This document shows positions 37,369 to 47,781 of a DNA stretch of 64,000 nt, in pieces. Under the pieces are notes generated by a model. That model did not search any database. It was not told the origin of the DNA and saw only the letters and a program-made list of their open reading frames with translations. Source of the DNA: a bacterium (GTDB lineage: Bacteria; Patescibacteriota; Microgenomatia; Levybacterales; UBA12049); the NCBI GenBank assembly GCA_021813145.1, contig JAKALS010000003.1, positions 105,890-169,889 on the forward strand. Reading direction: 5' to 3'. Position 1 is the stretch's first letter, and every line of letters begins with the position of its first letter. Made by a program: the position numbers and the translations under genes.

Positions 37369-40300
37369 TTAGTTAATAATAAGGAAATTAAACTTAATGT
37401 CTCCCGGCGCGAATCCGCTTGCACCTACCGTAAACGAGCCTTTAACTCCATTTACTGTATCGTTTGGAACCTGTTTTAACAGATAAATATTCTGGTTTGT
37501 TCCCACGGGTGTTATGTATATAAGCGAATTTGCCGTAACCAGCGGGTCGTCAACGGTAACCTGGGTTTGATATGCATTTATCTGTGCAGTTCCTGCAGAA
37601 CCTGTTGCGACAACTTCTGTACTCGATAATGCCATTGCCGGCTGTATAAAGTTGAGGTTGAGTTTTCCAAATGTTGCAGTTCCTGATGCCATTAGGTCCC
37701 CGTTTTGGTCAAGACTCAAAACTCCCGCTCCACTCGCATTCTGAATTCTGAATTTTGAATTATAAATCGGGTTGGCGGAATCCGAGGCAAGATTGATGCT
37801 AAGGTCATTGCCGGGTATAGGGGATATTATGTTGGTTGAAAGTTTGCCTTTAACGGTAACATTTTTAGCAAACATGGCATCCCCGCCTACGTTTACGTTT
37901 CCGTTTGTATCTATATAGAATAATCCTGCCATTACCGAAAGTCCACCCTGTCGAAGCGGCTGGAGCTGCAAATCCGAACCCAAGACATTAATGGAGTTAC
38001 TGGCAAGCGTAAGGCTTCCTCCTACGGAGAATTGTCCTACAACCGATATGTCGGAGAAGCTGGAAGGGCCAAGAGCCATAAGCCCCTGAGTAAATGTTGC
38101 TGTTTGCGCATTTAAATTGCCCACATTTGCCAAAAGACCCGACATTGTGGAGACGTCGATGAAATTAGTATCGGGCATTAAGTAGTTAGTATTAAGCGAA
38201 CCGGAAGGAGTAGCCATACTTAACGCTTGATTTGCGCTACTTACTGCCGGGCTTGCCGATGGGGTACTATTATAATAGTAGTTATTAACAATTGTTGAAC
38301 TTGATGTAGCGGTAGGCAAGCCCTCAATTTCTGATGCCAATATCTTTCCCGCATGCAAAGTTCCTGAAATTGTCGCATCACCAAACTGACCGCTTGTTGC
38401 CGACAGCTGACCGCTAAAAGTGGCATTGCCCTGGTTATCGATGCTCGCTACAGCAGAGCCGCTTGCAGAATTACTATTTACTATAGACAATTTATTATTT
38501 TCCAGTTTAAGAGCTATTGCCGAACCGGAAGCAATGGGGGATATCAAATTGGTATGAACAGTATCAATCTGAGCTATTGGTGATACAATCTGGTTTGCAT
38601 TTAGGATATTGGTTGTTACCGCATCGGCCAGAACATTGGAGGCATTCAGGGCTCCGACTCGAAGATTTCCTATTACTGCCGAAGCAAATACACCGGTGTT
38701 ATCTATGGTATTGCCGAGGTTATCGGCAACTACAAAAGCCGAGCCGGTTGCTGAGTTAATTACAAAATTTCCTATTCCTCCGGCTGCAGTTATTATTGCA
38801 GGAGTCGGGTCGTAGAACCCGGGATTTACATAAACCAGTATTGTTCCCTCACAAGCCGATTGAACGGATGGGACAATTCCGAAGTTGGCAGAGTTTGTAG
38901 CAGATAAACTAACGCTTTCTGTGCATTTAGAAGAGTCAAAACTTTCAAGTGCTTTTCCGACTATTTGTCCGGGTTCGGTTGCTTTCATTCCGACTCCGGG
39001 AATTTGAGATGAGGTAATTGGGTCTCCCACTTTAATTGGACCGTTGATTGTCGAAACATTAGTAGGAACACGGCCCATAAGCGCAATCGGGTATCCGTTT
39101 GGAACACTATCCGTTCCAATTACCATTCCAGGATTAGTAGAGACAATTCCTACAATCGATTTATCATAAGAAGTAGTCGCCATTACTGCGGAAGGAAGTG
39201 AGGGAGAGGAAGGATCGGCGGAAACTATTTCTCCCGGTTGCAAATTCTGGGAAGATGCGTAATTTTCTGCGTAATCTGCGCCAAGTCCTGACCCGGCCGT
39301 GCTTAAATCAACATCGGGAAGATTTAAAATTTCATTTACTCCATTGGCATACACCACCTCTAAAGTCTCATTGTTTACATATGCAGTCGCCGAAGTTTGA
39401 CCAGCTGAAATACATGTATAAAGAGTAATATTGCCGTTATAGCCAAGATGGCCCAACTCTGTCGGAGAAGCACTGCCTACATCAAGGTTAATATAAGAAG
39501 TAATATAGGTATTTGCAGATGATGTATCTTGGAATCTCTGAACACAGTTAGAACTGGTTGATAAAGCAATGTTTGTTATACTAGCACCTGAGTAGTAGCT
39601 GCCGGCAACGGCTGCTTGGAGGTTCACTCTTTTTACTATCCTGTCTCCCGTTACGCTTATAGTCCAAGTCTTGACAGCGACATAACTCTGGCTGGTTGTA
39701 GTATAGGTATTATTGTCTGTTGATGGGGCACGGGTTAGGGGTAATGCGATAGGCTCATACACCACCTCTAAAGTCTCATTGTTTACATATGCAGTCGCCG
39801 AAGTTTGACCAGCTGAAATACATGTATAAAGAGTAATATTGCCGTTATAGCCAAGATGGCCCAACTCTGTCGGAGAAGCACTGCCTACATCAAGGTTAAT
39901 ATAAGAAGTAATATAGGTATTTGCAGATGATGTATCTTGGAATCTCTGAACACAGTTAGAACTGGTTGATAAAGCAATGTTTGTTATACTAGCACCTGAG
40001 TAGTAGCTGCCGGCAACGGCTGCTTGGAGGTTCACTCTTTTTACTATCCTGTCTCCCGTTACGCTTATAGTCCAAGTCTTGACAGCGATATAAGAGGTGC
40101 TGGTTGTAGTATAGGTATTATTGTCTGTTGATGGGGCACGGGTTCCGCCGCCTTTTACAAAATTATCAGACGTATTTATAGATCCTCCTTGTACATCTAG
40201 TTTATAAGCAGGGGTATTTGTTCCTACCCCTACGCTTCCAAATATTGCTCCTGCTGTTGCGGTTGCGGCGGGGTCAAGGAAATAGGTCGGATTATTTATA

Positions 40301-43300
40301 TCGTAGAAAGAGCTGGCGTAGAATGAACCGTCGTTTTTAAGGTAAGCCTGGGTAAGCCCCGAAGCGGAAGCGGAGAAAATATTACCGCTATTCAATTGAT
40401 TTAGAGTTAAAAGATCATTGGAACCGTAACCGCCGGTAACTTGAAGATTGGCTGTAGGGGCAGTAGTGCCGATTCCAACAAGCCCAGTGTTTGTTATCGC
40501 AAGCCTATTTTCATTGTTGGTATAAAGATCCAACCCGTTTTGATTGCCTCCGCTGGTCCTTTTAGAGCCTATGCCTTCTCCGCTGGAATTTCCTCCAAAC
40601 TGAAGAAAATTTGAAGTGGTACCATTGTTTACACCCAAACTATCAACTATTGTTGTGCCGTTTATCCAAAGATTACCTGTTCCACTACCTCCTCCATCTA
40701 TTCTTAAAGTATTTGAAACAGAGCCGACTCTTGTTATCCCCGAATCAAGTGGGCTTGAGCCTCCGGGTCCAAATTGGATTCCGGACCATCCGGGTATTTG
40801 TACATTGGGAGTTGTATCAGAGCCCGTGTAGCTTGCAAATGCTGTATACCCGTTGTTGGGATTGTTCGCAACGAATGAAGTGAAGTTTTTGCCTGCTCCG
40901 TTTCCATTAAATCCTCCTGCGTTTACAATTCCGTTTACATCAAGAGGATAAGCGGGTAAGGTTGTTCCGATCCCGACGTTACCCGTACTGTTTTGAATTC
41001 TCATCCTTTCACTGGAGGCAGTAAAAAATTGCATGTCATAATTGTTTCCAGATAAAACCTGGATATATTCTCCGGAACCCGGCCCCAAATGTAATGCCTG
41101 TTGCGATCTTACTGTTCCGTTTACATCAAGTTGGTAGGAGGGGGTTGTTGTAAGGTTAATTCCTACCTGGCCACCTCTCGGTTGTAATAAAAGAGGAACA
41201 TAAGATCCTGTCTTTGTAGACTCTATAAATCCGTAATTGTTATTACCGTCATAGCTTAAATATAAACTTTGACCTCCTGTTCCCGTTGTAATATCCAGCA
41301 TACTTGAGCTTTTTTCTGAGGTTGTTGACACTGGGCTATTGGCTACTACGGTTAAGGCGGCGGTTGGGGTAGTGGTTCCTATCCCTAATAATCCGCCCCA
41401 GCCGTTGTTTGGCATTACAACAAGATTTCCGCTAACTGATGCTACCGTATGACCTGTTTCTATTCCCGTAAAAGAAAACAGAGCGGAAGATGTGGCAGTT
41501 GAACCCAAAAGGAAATCATCCGTAGTATTAACCGGAGAAAGTGATCCTCCTAGCTCATTCCACCAATTAACGCCGGCCGTGCTGGAGCATGTTCCGCTTC
41601 CGGTAACTATTCCTCCGACTGTATTTATACAAGACGCATTAGTTAGAGTTTGCCCTGTACTGGAACCGGTTTTATATGTTGTAGCATATATGTTTCTAAA
41701 TTGATAAGAAGAACTACCCAAGTCAACTGCATTATTTGCGGACGGATAAATAGCTGCTCCGACGGTTCCGTTATTAGGGGAGAGAATTATATTCCCCGTT
41801 GTGTTTCCACCTAGAGTTAAGAGTTGGTTAACGGTAGATTGTATCTGTGCAGTCCCGCTTCTAAATGTAAGTTGTCCTCCAACGCTTGCCGCACCATTAA
41901 CATCTAAAGTTGCGGTAGGAACTGTGCCAATTCCAAACTGGCCTGTACTTGTAAATACACCCTGTTGTACTCCTCCCGGAGTAAATATGAGTGAACCAGT
42001 GCCTTGTGCTTTTAATTCAAGATTTGCATTTGTATCTGATTGAATTTGCGCCCATGTTCCGCGTATATTTAATTGGTTATTTATACTCGTTAATCCATTG
42101 ACATCAAGGGTTACACCCGGAGCAGGACTTGTGGTATTTATTCCTATCTGTCCTCCGTAGCCGTTGTTTGGCATTACGATAAGCTGCCCGCTGACAGAAG
42201 CTATCGTATGACCGCTTTGTATTCCAGTATAGGAAAACAGGGCAGAGGAAGTTGAATTTCCTCCGATTGCAAAATCATAAAGGTTGCCCACGGGATAAAT
42301 AAGTCCTCCTGTTTGGTTCCACCAGTCGACTCCAAATCCCGGACATGAACCCGTTCCCGTAACGATTCCTCCGACAGTATTTACACATGAAGCATTTGTA
42401 TACGTCTGTCCGGCACTAGACCCCGAGTTATAGGTGTTGGCATAGATGTTTCTCCAATTTAATGAGGAAATACCCAAATCTGTGACATTGTTAGCTCCCG
42501 GGACCACATTAGAACCGGCAACGCTATTGGTAGGGGCAAGAGTTATATTACCGGTTTTTGATCCTCCTATTGTTAATCCCTGGTTTTTTGTAGTTTGAAT
42601 AGAAGCTGCGGAGGAGTCAAGCGTAAGACTTCCCGAAACGCTTGCCACCTGGTTTCCTCTCGAAAGACTGTTGTTTAAGATTTCAAAAGTAGCAGACGCT
42701 GAAGATTGTCCTCCTACCAAAAAGTCAACACCCGAATTGTTGGGAAAAAGTATTCCTCCGTTTGTACCTGAAGTCTGGTTCCAGTATAAATCATAGGCGG
42801 GGGCAGTGGCGGGACATGTTCCTGTTCCCGTTACTATTCCTCCTGTAGTATTTACACAGGCATTGGTAAGAGTTAAGCCTTGAGTACCGTTTACTCTATA
42901 CACACCCGAAATATTAACGTTTCCGGAGTTGTCTACGGTGAATCTGGCATTCCCCGAAGCGGAAGCGCTAACGATTGGCCCTGAGCCGTTTTGGTTGATA
43001 GTAAGGGCCGATTGGCCGCTGCTGGTAGCTAAAATTGCAGCCAAACCGTCAATTTCTACCGCCCCCTTGGCGGTCGATATATTGTTATTGTTTGATGTAT
43101 TAACGAGTGGTTTATTTAAAGCAATCTGTCCTAACCCGTCCGGGGTAATATTGACGTTTGCGTTGCTCCCGGCATTTGTCGTTAAGAGTAAAGGCTGGCC
43201 AGAAACCGCAAATTGGCCGCCTGTTGCCTGGAAAGTGGGATTAGCGCTTCCTCCTATGCTTAAGTTTCCGTTTGAATCCAGAGCAAGAACTACATTGCTG

Positions 43301-44997
43301 GTATTAGTGGAATTAGTGATTGGAGGAAGTCCCTGGAGTGTTTCGGAGTTTGCAGCATAAGCCACGGTTGCAAGCTGTTGCCTTGGTGTAAGCTCGGGAG
43401 TGGTATTTACTGTTACGCCCAAAAATAGGGCAGAATTTGAGGCAAAAAGCCAGTTTGGTATTCCGCAGGGACCCGTAGGATTAGTCTGTCCTACTGGGCA
43501 CATGCCTGCATTTCCCAAAAGTACCGAAAATATTCCGTCCTGGTCGGGCTGAACTACGTCCACCTCCTGCCATAAAAGATCGCTTGAGGCACTTGCGGGA
43601 GCCTGCTTGTCGTATATGGCAAACCTTAAAGCGCTTGGAGTGGAGATGGGATTGTCCGAGTTATCGGTTAATCTTCCCTGAAAGGAAAGAATTCTTAAAG
43701 GAGCCTGTGGTATGCCCGCTGCAAACAATGGTGATTGTCTCGCCGGCGCCTGGAATAGGTTCTGGTAAAAACCGAAGCCTATTACAGCCATAAAGATTAT
43801 AAGAATGGAGTAGTGAAAATAATGGACAATTGCATAAGAGTGATATGTTTCGTACCACTTTGGTCTTTTATACCTTAGATTATACCAGGCCTTTTTATAC
43901 CAGGGAAAGTATTTTGTGGAGATATCCAGGGGAGCATAAAGCTCTTTTTTAAAATTATGGATCTCAAGAAAAGATTTAGGTTGAACTTTTTTAGGTTTTA
44001 CTTCTGAACCTTGAGTTTTCACGGTAGTGAAAATTGGCCTTCCTTTAATGATCCAGAGAACATAAGAGACACTGTTTGCAGCTTTGGCAAAAGGGAAGCT
44101 TACCAACTCATCAAAAGCATACATGATACTCTTTGATATTTTTTGTCCTAATCTGACAGGGGCAATCCTTGAATAATTGAAGTTGGAAGTAGGAGTTTCT
44201 TGATTTTGGCCTCTTGATTCCTTGATCCCTCGATTTATATTCTCTTTGAATTGTTCGATTGATAAATTTCCAGCCTGGTTGGAAATTGAAAATTGAAAAT
44301 TGGAAATTGTGGGCTGTTGAGAAATGATATCTTCCGAAGCAGCCCAAGTTAGGTATTTTCTCAAAGAGGAGAGCTTTCTGTTAACGGTAGCAGCCGAAAA
44401 GCCTCCCTGCTTAATAAGTCTTTGTTTGTATTCTTCAAGTAATGACGGGCTAATCTTACTAAGTAAATAATTATTAGTGTTTAGTTTATAGGCTGAGGAG
44501 GGGCTTTCAGCTTCAAAGACCTGCTCTATCCAGGAGAAAAACTGTTTAATATCGATGATATAGTTTTTTATAGTAAGATGCGATGCATTGTAAACGTAGA
44601 GAAAGTTTTTAAAGTCCCTCAACCGATAAGGATCGGCTTCCGGTGTTGAGGACTGACTGCTTGCTATCTCAAAAGGACTTTTTCCTATTTGGCCGTTGAG
44701 TTTAAGGAATTGGAAGAATTTCCTAAGAGAACTTAAATGACGCTCCAGCGAGCTGGGGGATAATTTAGGCTGTTGGCCGTTGGCCATTGGCTGTTGGTTT
44801 ACTTCTGTAATCGATTCCCGTCTGTATGCTTCTAAAGTTCCCGGAGTCACCAGTTGGGGAGCAAAAGCCTTTTGGTAATAAGACTCATACCAGCGTACGA
44901 AATGATTTATGTCTGATAGATAATTCTTTACCGTTACCTTAGACGGCTGGTCTTTTGATGATAATAAAAATGCTTTAAAGTCCTCTAATAAGTTCAT
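37369..44997 (-). CDS. Giant (2542 aa) single-pass surface protein: two cytoplasmic tyrosine-recombinase SAM-like (core-binding) domains, a TM helix, and an approximately 2100-aa Gly/Ser/Thr/Asn-rich beta-repeat ectodomain
   Basis: The N-terminus has 'VKNYLSDINHFVRWY...TLEAYRR...LERHLSSLRKFFQFL' and a second copy 'IKNYIIDIKQFFSWI...VNRKLSSLRKYLTWA'. These are XerC/XerD-type N-terminal SAM-like domains. The TM helix is 'YAIVHYFHYSILIIFMAVIGFGFY'. The remainder is a low-complexity beta-helix-like region. There is no N-terminal signal peptide. Confidence 0.8.
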   Translation of the reverse strand: MNLLEDFKAFLLSSKDQPSKVTVKNYLSDINHFVRWYESYYQKAFAPQLVTPGTLEAYRRESITEVNQQPMANGQQPKLSPSSLERHLSSLRKFFQFLKLNGQIGKSPFEIASSQSSTPEADPYRLRDFKNFLYVYNASHLTIKNYIIDIKQFFSWIEQVFEAESPSSAYKLNTNNYLLSKISPSLLEEYKQRLIKQGGFSAATVNRKLSSLRKYLTWAASEDIISQQPTISNFQFSISNQAGNLSIEQFKENINRGIKESRGQNQETPTSNFNYSRIAPVRLGQKISKSIMYAFDELVSFPFAKAANSVSYVLWIIKGRPIFTTVKTQGSEVKPKKVQPKSFLEIHNFKKELYAPLDISTKYFPWYKKAWYNLRYKRPKWYETYHSYAIVHYFHYSILIIFMAVIGFGFYQNLFQAPARQSPLFAAGIPQAPLRILSFQGRLTDNSDNPISTPSALRFAIYDKQAPASASSDLLWQEVDVVQPDQDGIFSVLLGNAGMCPVGQTNPTGPCGIPNWLFASNSALFLGVTVNTTPELTPRQQLATVAYAANSETLQGLPPITNSTNTSNVVLALDSNGNLSIGGSANPTFQATGGQFAVSGQPLLLTTNAGSNANVNITPDGLGQIALNKPLVNTSNNNNISTAKGAVEIDGLAAILATSSGQSALTINQNGSGPIVSASASGNARFTVDNSGNVNISGVYRVNGTQGLTLTNACVNTTGGIVTGTGTCPATAPAYDLYWNQTSGTNGGILFPNNSGVDFLVGGQSSASATFEILNNSLSRGNQVASVSGSLTLDSSAASIQTTKNQGLTIGGSKTGNITLAPTNSVAGSNVVPGANNVTDLGISSLNWRNIYANTYNSGSSAGQTYTNASCVNTVGGIVTGTGSCPGFGVDWWNQTGGLIYPVGNLYDFAIGGNSTSSALFSYTGIQSGHTIASVSGQLIVMPNNGYGGQIGINTTSPAPGVTLDVNGLTSINNQLNIRGTWAQIQSDTNANLELKAQGTGSLIFTPGGVQQGVFTSTGQFGIGTVPTATLDVNGAASVGGQLTFRSGTAQIQSTVNQLLTLGGNTTGNIILSPNNGTVGAAIYPSANNAVDLGSSSYQFRNIYATTYKTGSSTGQTLTNASCINTVGGIVTGSGTCSSTAGVNWWNELGGSLSPVNTTDDFLLGSTATSSALFSFTGIETGHTVASVSGNLVVMPNNGWGGLLGIGTTTPTAALTVVANSPVSTTSEKSSSMLDITTGTGGQSLYLSYDGNNNYGFIESTKTGSYVPLLLQPRGGQVGINLTTTPSYQLDVNGTVRSQQALHLGPGSGEYIQVLSGNNYDMQFFTASSERMRIQNSTGNVGIGTTLPAYPLDVNGIVNAGGFNGNGAGKNFTSFVANNPNNGYTAFASYTGSDTTPNVQIPGWSGIQFGPGGSSPLDSGITRVGSVSNTLRIDGGGSGTGNLWINGTTIVDSLGVNNGTTSNFLQFGGNSSGEGIGSKRTSGGNQNGLDLYTNNENRLAITNTGLVGIGTTAPTANLQVTGGYGSNDLLTLNQLNSGNIFSASASGLTQAYLKNDGSFYASSFYDINNPTYFLDPAATATAGAIFGSVGVGTNTPAYKLDVQGGSINTSDNFVKGGGTRAPSTDNNTYTTTSTSYIAVKTWTISVTGDRIVKRVNLQAAVAGSYYSGASITNIALSTSSNCVQRFQDTSSANTYITSYINLDVGSASPTELGHLGYNGNITLYTCISAGQTSATAYVNNETLEVVYEPIALPLTRAPSTDNNTYTTTSQSYVAVKTWTISVTGDRIVKRVNLQAAVAGSYYSGASITNIALSTSSNCVQRFQDTSSANTYITSYINLDVGSASPTELGHLGYNGNITLYTCISAGQTSATAYVNNETLEVVYANGVNEILNLPDVDLSTAGSGLGADYAENYASSQNLQPGEIVSADPSSPSLPSAVMATTSYDKSIVGIVSTNPGMVIGTDSVPNGYPIALMGRVPTNVSTINGPIKVGDPITSSQIPGVGMKATEPGQIVGKALESFDSSKCTESVSLSATNSANFGIVPSVQSACEGTILVYVNPGFYDPTPAIITAAGGIGNFVINSATGSAFVVADNLGNTIDNTGVFASAVIGNLRVGALNASNVLADAVTTNILNANQIVSPIAQIDTVHTNLISPIASGSAIALKLENNKLSIVNSNSASGSAVASIDNQGNATFSGQLSATSGQFGDATISGTLHAGKILASEIEGLPTATSSSTIVNNYYYNSTPSASPAVSSANQALSMATPSGSLNTNYLMPDTNFIDVSTMSGLLANVGNLNAQTATFTQGLMALGPSSFSDISVVGQFSVGGSLTLASNSINVLGSDLQLQPLRQGGLSVMAGLFYIDTNGNVNVGGDAMFAKNVTVKGKLSTNIISPIPGNDLSINLASDSANPIYNSKFRIQNASGAGVLSLDQNGDLMASGTATFGKLNLNFIQPAMALSSTEVVATGSAGTAQINAYQTQVTVDDPLVTANSLIYITPVGTNQNIYLLKQVPNDTVNGVKGSFTVGASGFAPGDIKFNFLIIN
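39351..40185. repeat. Near-perfect tandem duplication (2 x ~417 bp) inside the giant gene
   Basis: The block beginning ACACCACCTCTAAAGTCTCATTGTTTACATATGC... at about 39351 recurs at about 39768 essentially identically. It encodes a repeated 139-aa module ('TRAPSTDNNTYTTTS...NNETLEVVY'). Confidence 0.8.
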
Positions 44998-45610
44998 TTA
45001 AATCGAATAAAAGCCGTGAAAAAATATGCTGCGTGTAAAACCTGTGAAAAATCAGTATCAGCCACAAGATTATACGGATTATACGGTTTATAAGGCCTGT
45101 TTCTGACTTTTAACATACACTATTAGAATAAAGAGATTTCGGATTTTCTGTCAAGGCCTTATAGTAATTATTCATGATATAGTTCGATAATGAATGATAT
45201 AGGATAAGAATGGGATATTTGTTCATGAAAATAAAATTACATTTGAGGCTGTGAAAATAATGCAATAGAACACACTTTTCTTAAAAAACCTATCATAACA
45301 TATCAATATGTAGCAGGGTATGAAAATATGTTAATGGAGATAAATGATATATTCGTGCTCTTTTATGTTTATTTATGAAAGGAAATCTGCTTTTGAATGG
45401 GCTTATTTGATTAGAGATAACTTCATCTTAGCTTTATAATTGGCGGTTAGAAAATCTAAGTGATAACTCTTTTCATATTAGGGTTTAGATTGAGGGGACA
45501 GCTTATCTGACGGTAAGCGGTGGATATTAGAGGCTAATATTGAAATTATCTGTCTTCAAAGCCAACTTAGCTTGCTTTTTTTAATTACTATACGGATAAT
45601 TATAGCATAA

Positions 45611-46516
45611 GTGAAAAATCTGCCCAAGCTACAATCTAAAACTTATAAATTGAAGCTTAGAAGCCTCTTTTTATTTCTTTTTATATTTTATGTTTTAAGT
45701 TTTATACTTACTCCTTTTACGCAGGCAAGTTTCTCTGTTCCCGTGGAAGCCCAGGTAGGGCAGTATTACCTTAATATCTCGGGTTACATTTCGCCTTATG
45801 CCTCTATTGAGCTTACTATAGACGGAGTTTTCACAAGGGCTACCGTTGCCGACGGCCAAGGAAAATTTTCAATAACAGGAGTCTTGATAAAAGCCGGGTT
45901 TTCAAAGTTTTGCCTTGACGCTATCGATTTTAAAAGGTTAGGGGAGTCGTATACATGTTTTAACGTCCCTCCGGCCAAAAGTGACGTAAATATGGATAAT
46001 CTTTTCCTTCCGCCAACTCTTGGTCTTTCCAAAACAGAGATTGCAGCGGGGGGGGAAGTTTTAGCTTTTGGTTATACCATGCCTAACGCTCAGGTTACGA
46101 TATATCTTAGCAATGGCCAAAAACTTACTACAACTGCCGACGGAACAGGGTACTACATATTTCACATAAAAGGACTTTCGGCGGGGCAATATAATCTTTA
46201 TTCGAGGGCAAACTATCAGGGAAGGGAATCTCTTGCCCCTACCAAGACAGTAAAGCTAAGAGCTCTTTCGTTTTGGGAGCAGCTGACGGCTTTTATACAG
46301 GGAATTATAAGTAAAATCGCCAAGGCTTTAACATCATGGGCGCTTGGACCACTTTGGCTTGGATTACCAATCCTTATCCTAATTATTATACTCATCTTAA
46401 AGCTTTGGCCGGAGAAGTTTACTTTTATCTACCAGTCTCATCTTCTAATCTTTGCTACACGGGCTTTCAGACGCCCCAGGAGACCACTGCACCATCAGTG
46501 GTGGATCGGCTATTAG
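45611..46516 (+). CDS. Surface protein with signal peptide, two bacterial Ig-like domains and C-terminal TM anchor
   Basis: Signal/TM 'LRSLFLFLFIFYVLSFILTPFTQA' is followed by the beta-domains 'DGQGKFSITG' and 'DGTGYYIFHIKGLSAGQYNLY' and a C-terminal TM 'LGLPILILIIILILKLW'. The C-terminal tail continues in a second frame (46336-46707), which suggests a possible frameshift. Confidence 0.5.
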   Translation: MKNLPKLQSKTYKLKLRSLFLFLFIFYVLSFILTPFTQASFSVPVEAQVGQYYLNISGYISPYASIELTIDGVFTRATVADGQGKFSITGVLIKAGFSKFCLDAIDFKRLGESYTCFNVPPAKSDVNMDNLFLPPTLGLSKTEIAAGGEVLAFGYTMPNAQVTIYLSNGQKLTTTADGTGYYIFHIKGLSAGQYNLYSRANYQGRESLAPTKTVKLRALSFWEQLTAFIQGIISKIAKALTSWALGPLWLGLPILILIIILILKLWPEKFTFIYQSHLLIFATRAFRRPRRPLHHQWWIGY

Positions 46517-46715
46517 GCAGAGACACGGATTGCTTTGAAGAACTTACTTACCAGATAAAGAGGAGTGTCTTTAATATTTACAATGAGCCTTGGTTATGGT
46601 CACAAAGAACAGGCATCAAAAGCACCCGCCAATTAATTTTGGTACTTCTGACTTTTCATAAAACGGCTAATCTTATAATCAGTTCTTATCGGCTCGGTGT
46701 AATGTAATTTTTTAG

Positions 46716-47750
46716 TTATTTAACCTCAGAAGGCTGGGGAGTTTCCTCTTTGGGCTCAGAAACATTCTTCTTTTTGGGAAGCTTAAGGCCATTTTTTTTC
46801 ACGTATAGCAATCCGAGTATAAGAGCGATAAGTATAAGTACTATTACGACGGTAACTTTCCAGGGGAATACCCAAAAATAAACGGTGGCCATTAAAGGAA
46901 GATTGTTATTTACTCCGTAACTTGCGGTAAGTTGCACTTTATACCTTCCAAACATCCAGTGCGTCCCGAATGTGTTTTGGTAGTCTCTGGCAGCCATGGG
47001 GAATATATTATGCTCGTCAAGCGGAAGGACAGCTTGTCTGCCAAGCATGTCGCTTACGGTAATATAACCCTTAGGTGTTATATGAAGGTCTCCGAAGTTT
47101 TTAATCTGTGTTTGTATGGTTACCGGCCCGTACTCCTGGAAAGGTGTTACCAAAAACTTGGACACTGAGGCGCTTTCTTTAATAGGTCCGTTTACGGCAA
47201 TAGAGAAGAGCGTGCCTATTTGTCCGTTGACGGTTGCCCCGGTATTCTGGTTATTGTCTTTGGGTTGGACCGGAACGAATACTACAGCAGCATAATGACC
47301 TCCCGGCCTTGCGTTTTTGGGGATTTGAATGTAGTAATTTAAATCCTGTCTTTGTTTGGGTTGTATTGTAAAGGTTTCGGGGGAAACCCCTATCCACGCT
47401 GCCGCTGAATATGTATCCATAAGAGAGTTAGGAGGAAGTATTTCCGGAGTACCTATGGTGTCGGTTACTATGAAATCGTGCATTTCGGCTTTGAATGTAA
47501 GGGGAACATCGCTGTCGTTTATTACCCCCATTGTTCCGGATCCTTGGTAACCCGGATCTCCCTGAATGGAAACGCTGGGCGGGGTTACGGTAAAAGTCTG
47601 AACAGGAAGCCCTTGGGCGAGCGCCTTGGGCGACAGGTTAAGAATTATGAATAATGAGGCAAGAATTAGGGTAAATGAAAAGTAAAAGCCTAAAATTCTG
47701 ATTTCTGTTTTTTGATTTCCGTTTTTTGACCCGGGCAGTAATTTTTTCAT
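46716..47750 (-). CDS. Cell-surface protein, DUF916/DUF3324-like architecture (signal peptide, beta domains, C-terminal TM + basic tail)
   Basis: The start is taken at MKKLLPGSK, which removes the overlap with the upstream gene. C-terminal 'GRYKVQLTASYGVNNNLPLMATVYFWVFPWKVTVVIVLILIALILGLLYVKKNG' is a TM anchor with a cytoplasmic Lys/Pro/Glu-rich tail. The fold call is an inference from architecture. Confidence 0.5.
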   Translation of the reverse strand: MKKLLPGSKNGNQKTEIRILGFYFSFTLILASLFIILNLSPKALAQGLPVQTFTVTPPSVSIQGDPGYQGSGTMGVINDSDVPLTFKAEMHDFIVTDTIGTPEILPPNSLMDTYSAAAWIGVSPETFTIQPKQRQDLNYYIQIPKNARPGGHYAAVVFVPVQPKDNNQNTGATVNGQIGTLFSIAVNGPIKESASVSKFLVTPFQEYGPVTIQTQIKNFGDLHITPKGYITVSDMLGRQAVLPLDEHNIFPMAARDYQNTFGTHWMFGRYKVQLTASYGVNNNLPLMATVYFWVFPWKVTVVIVLILIALILGLLYVKKNGLKLPKKKNVSEPKEETPQPSEVK

Positions 47751-47781
47751 AATTCTTAATTCATATTCTCTTCCAGCAGGG

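Noticed and set aside
37369-44997. Numerous 60-145-aa ORFs on both strands inside the giant gene (e.g. 38241-38426, 38517-38759, 40611-40883, 42929-43360)
   Set aside because: All are nested in the continuous 2542-aa frame. The high GC of the Gly/Ala/Thr codons generates long spurious frames.
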